Shown here: piece by piece, positions 48,021 through 49,921 of the stretch
How positions within the stretch are numbered: the first letter of the stretch is position 1
Layout: every line of letters starts with the position of its first letter
Assembly (NCBI GenBank): GCA_027448785.1
Contig: DAIDMW010000004.1
Coordinates: 1 to 49,921, forward strand
Direction of reading: 5' to 3'
DNA length: 49,921 bases
From: Candidatus Colwellbacteria bacterium
Lineage (GTDB): Bacteria > Patescibacteriota > Minisyncoccia > UBA6257 > Colwellbacteraceae
Translations under genes and position numbers: made by a program
The notes under the pieces: model-generated
The model's database searches: none
What the model saw: only the letters and a program-made list of their open reading frames with translations
What the model was told of the DNA's origin: nothing

Positions 48021-48233
48021 CTAGTCTTTCCCTCTGAGCATCCTTCGCCAGGCGTCCGTGTTTTGAAACCACGGACAGAGAGAAGTGCCTAGCGCGCCGA
48101 GTACCAGCAAAACCAGTGCGGCCCACCACGGGTTGGCCAGCGTTGGATTTTGAATGAGATAAACGGCATAGTAGGCGAAGAAATACCAGATAATCAGATC
48201 GACAATCGATAAAACCACATCTTTTGCTTTCAT
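48021..48233 (-). CDS. Small hypothetical membrane protein
   Basis: 70 aa, two TM segments, ATG start. Confidence 0.6.
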   Translation of the reverse strand: MKAKDVVLSIVDLIIWYFFAYYAVYLIQNPTLANPWWAALVLLVLGALGTSLCPWFQNTDAWRRMLRGKD

Positions 48234-48361
48234 ATGGATAAGAATATTGATTTTCGACCTTTAAACTCCGGTTATGCATTAATTTTAGACCATTTTAAAG
48301 ATCGCGGGAAAGCGCAAGCTGTTCATTATGGACGAGCGCCTTAACCTGCTATAATTTCCGC

Positions 48362-48769
48362 ATGACTATCACTATCTGCGGATCGATTAAGTTCTATGAC
48401 GAAATGCTCGAGGCTAAAAGTAAGCTGGAAGCAGCTGGACACGATGTGCTTATGCCGATAAAGGCCGAAGGAGTCGATTATTGGTCGGAGGATAACACTT
48501 CCAGGGTGGAAGCCAAGAAAAAATTCGGGTTTATATCGGAGCATATGGATAAGATCGATAAATCCGACGCTATCTTGGTGGTAAACATCACGAAAGGCGA
48601 TGTGGAGAATTACATCGGCGCGAACACCTTTTTGGAAATGGGTTTTGCCTATTACCGCAATAAGACAGTATATCTTTTAAACGGAATTCCCAACCAGAAA
48701 TACATCGACGACGAGATATCGACCATAGAGCCGATAATCATAAACGGCGATCTAAGCAGGGTCGTATAA
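48362..48769 (+). CDS. Nucleoside 2-deoxyribosyltransferase-like protein
   Basis: ITICGS start, IDKSDAILVVN, YIGANTFLEMGFAYY..KTVYLL. Confidence 0.7.
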   Translation: MTITICGSIKFYDEMLEAKSKLEAAGHDVLMPIKAEGVDYWSEDNTSRVEAKKKFGFISEHMDKIDKSDAILVVNITKGDVENYIGANTFLEMGFAYYRNKTVYLLNGIPNQKYIDDEISTIEPIIINGDLSRVV

Positions 48770-48773
48770 ACAA

Positions 48774-49238
48774 ATGGCGGTATGCGATCATAAGAGCGTT
48801 GGTGTGCTTGTTTGGAAAGACGGCAAGCTGCTATTAATCGAGCGGCGCAAGCCGCCTTACGGTTTCGCCCCGCCAGCCGGACACGTTGACGATCACGGTT
48901 CTTTTGAAAACGCCGCGAAAGACGAGCTGAAAGAAGAGGTTGGTCTCGACGCCGTCAAATTAGAATTGCTAGCCGAAGGGAGAAAAAACAACCGTTGCCG
49001 ACGCGAAGGAGGTGATTGGCATTACTGGCGCATTTTTAATGCTAAAGCTCAGGGAGAAGTAAAAGCCAGCGAGGAGGAGACAAAGAAATTCGGTTGGTAC
49101 AGCGAGGAACAGTTAAAGGATCTTGCCGGTAAGACGGAAATATTTTTGAAAGGAGAGGTGTCCGACAGCGAATGGGAATCATCTCCGGGTTTGGAGCCGG
49201 TATGGAAAGATTGGCTATCGGAGCTTAAAATCATTTGA
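48774..49238 (+). CDS. Nudix hydrolase
   Basis: LLLIER..PYGFAPPAGHVD....AAKDELKEEVGL. Confidence 0.88.
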   Translation: MAVCDHKSVGVLVWKDGKLLLIERRKPPYGFAPPAGHVDDHGSFENAAKDELKEEVGLDAVKLELLAEGRKNNRCRREGGDWHYWRIFNAKAQGEVKASEEETKKFGWYSEEQLKDLAGKTEIFLKGEVSDSEWESSPGLEPVWKDWLSELKII

Positions 49239-49243
49239 CCGCC

Positions 49244-49837
49244 ATGGACCGGAAAACCATAGATACCTACAATCGATTCGCGAAGGAGTACGACGAAGAG
49301 ACTGTTGATTTTTGGGATAAATTTCCGCGGACGATTATCGATAAGTTTATCGACCTAACTAAAGGCAAGGTTTTGGATGTCGGCAGCGGCCCGGGTCGGG
49401 ACGGATTGATACTCCAGCACGCCGGCTTGGATGTAACTTGCCTAGACGCCTCTCAGGAAATGGTGAGAATATCTTCGGAGCGCGGCCTGAAGTCGGTTCT
49501 CGGCGATTTTAACAGTCTTCCTTTTGAAGATCTGTCTTTCGATGGAATTTGGTCATACACCTCGCTTCTACACGTTCCGAAGAGTGAAATAAACAAACCC
49601 TTGGCGGAGATAGCGAGAATTTTAAAGCCAAACGGTACATTCGGTCTGGGTCTTATCGAGGGAGAGGGGGAGTCATACCGCGAGAGTTCAGGCGTGGGAA
49701 GCCCAAGGTGGTTTTCATTCTATACGAAAGAGGAAGTAGAAAGCCTTTTGTGGCAGAATGGCTTTAAGATAGTTTACTTCGAGGAGTTCAAACCAAATAC
49801 GAAAAATTACTTCAATTTTATTGCGAAGAAAAAGTAA
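49244..49837 (+). CDS. Class I SAM-dependent methyltransferase
   Basis: VLDVGSGPGRD, LDAS, FDGIWSYTSLLHV, LKPNG; alternative TTG start at 49235. Confidence 0.9.
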   Translation: MDRKTIDTYNRFAKEYDEETVDFWDKFPRTIIDKFIDLTKGKVLDVGSGPGRDGLILQHAGLDVTCLDASQEMVRISSERGLKSVLGDFNSLPFEDLSFDGIWSYTSLLHVPKSEINKPLAEIARILKPNGTFGLGLIEGEGESYRESSGVGSPRWFSFYTKEEVESLLWQNGFKIVYFEEFKPNTKNYFNFIAKKK

Positions 49838-49844
49838 GAAATGA

Positions 49845-49921
49845 TAACGGTGCAAGGGCATTCTGACGGTGCGTCTTTGGGGCGGTTTTGGTAGTCTATC
49901 CTAAAGCCGGTAATAATCACT
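49845..49921. repeat. 77-bp exact direct repeat, copy 2, at the window end
   Basis: Identical to 46503-46579. Confidence 0.95.

Larger units (their letters stand above)
41101..49921. other. tRNA-adjacent accessory/defence-like island (no integrase in the window)
   Basis: Abrupt shift to AT-rich genes after tRNA-Gln; non-core restriction, HEPN, Nudix and small membrane genes. Confidence 0.65.

Noticed and set aside
43069-49837. Integron cassette array
   Set aside because: Small co-oriented genes are suggestive, but I found no repeated RYYYAAC...GTTRRRY attC folds, no integrase, and several genes have their own promoters.
41101-49921. Prophage or intact integrative element at tRNA-Gln
   Set aside because: No integrase, phage structural genes or duplicate of the tRNA-Gln 3' end in the window.
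46503-49921. Diversity-generating retroelement template/variable repeat pair
   Set aside because: The two 77-bp copies are identical with no adenine-specific mismatches, and no reverse transcriptase is present.

Overview
Chromosomal window from a small-genome bacterium, most likely Patescibacteria/CPR (Parcubacteria-like). This is inferred from DUF5652/DUF5654 membrane genes, streamlined UvrA/UvrC/Tig/ProS, and few obvious Shine-Dalgarno motifs. Bases 1-41,100 are GC-richer core genome: a partial prepilin-type adhesin gene; a DNA-repair/oxidative-stress cluster (uvrBAC, dinB, nth, nfo, sodA); cell-shape genes (murA, two mreB, mreC, mreD-like, mrdA); translation and glycolysis genes (truB, frr, proS, tpiA, pgk, typA, tig, obgE, DEAD-box); rnpB; a GH13 gene frameshifted by an 8-bp duplication; and tRNA-Gln(CTG). 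After the tRNA is a partly AT-rich accessory/defence-like island (GmrSD-type nuclease, two HEPN-like proteins, a nucleotidyltransferase, two Nudix hydrolases, NDT-like, SAM methyltransferase, TM2). The window ends in an exact 77-bp copy of an internal sequence. The least explained signals are non-coding: (1) a dispersed family of nested, 7-bp-periodic imperfect palindromes at about ten gene junctions that also supply protein C-termini; (2) a perfect-consensus sigma70 promoter, an ORF-less structured ~90-nt RNA and a terminator at 27,984-28,111; (3) a hairpin-ended miniature element in full and collapsed forms; (4) REP-like units, one inserted in frame in uvrC; (5) many -10 boxes only 6-7 nt before start codons. 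All calls come from reading the sequence and recalled family motifs; no searches were run.
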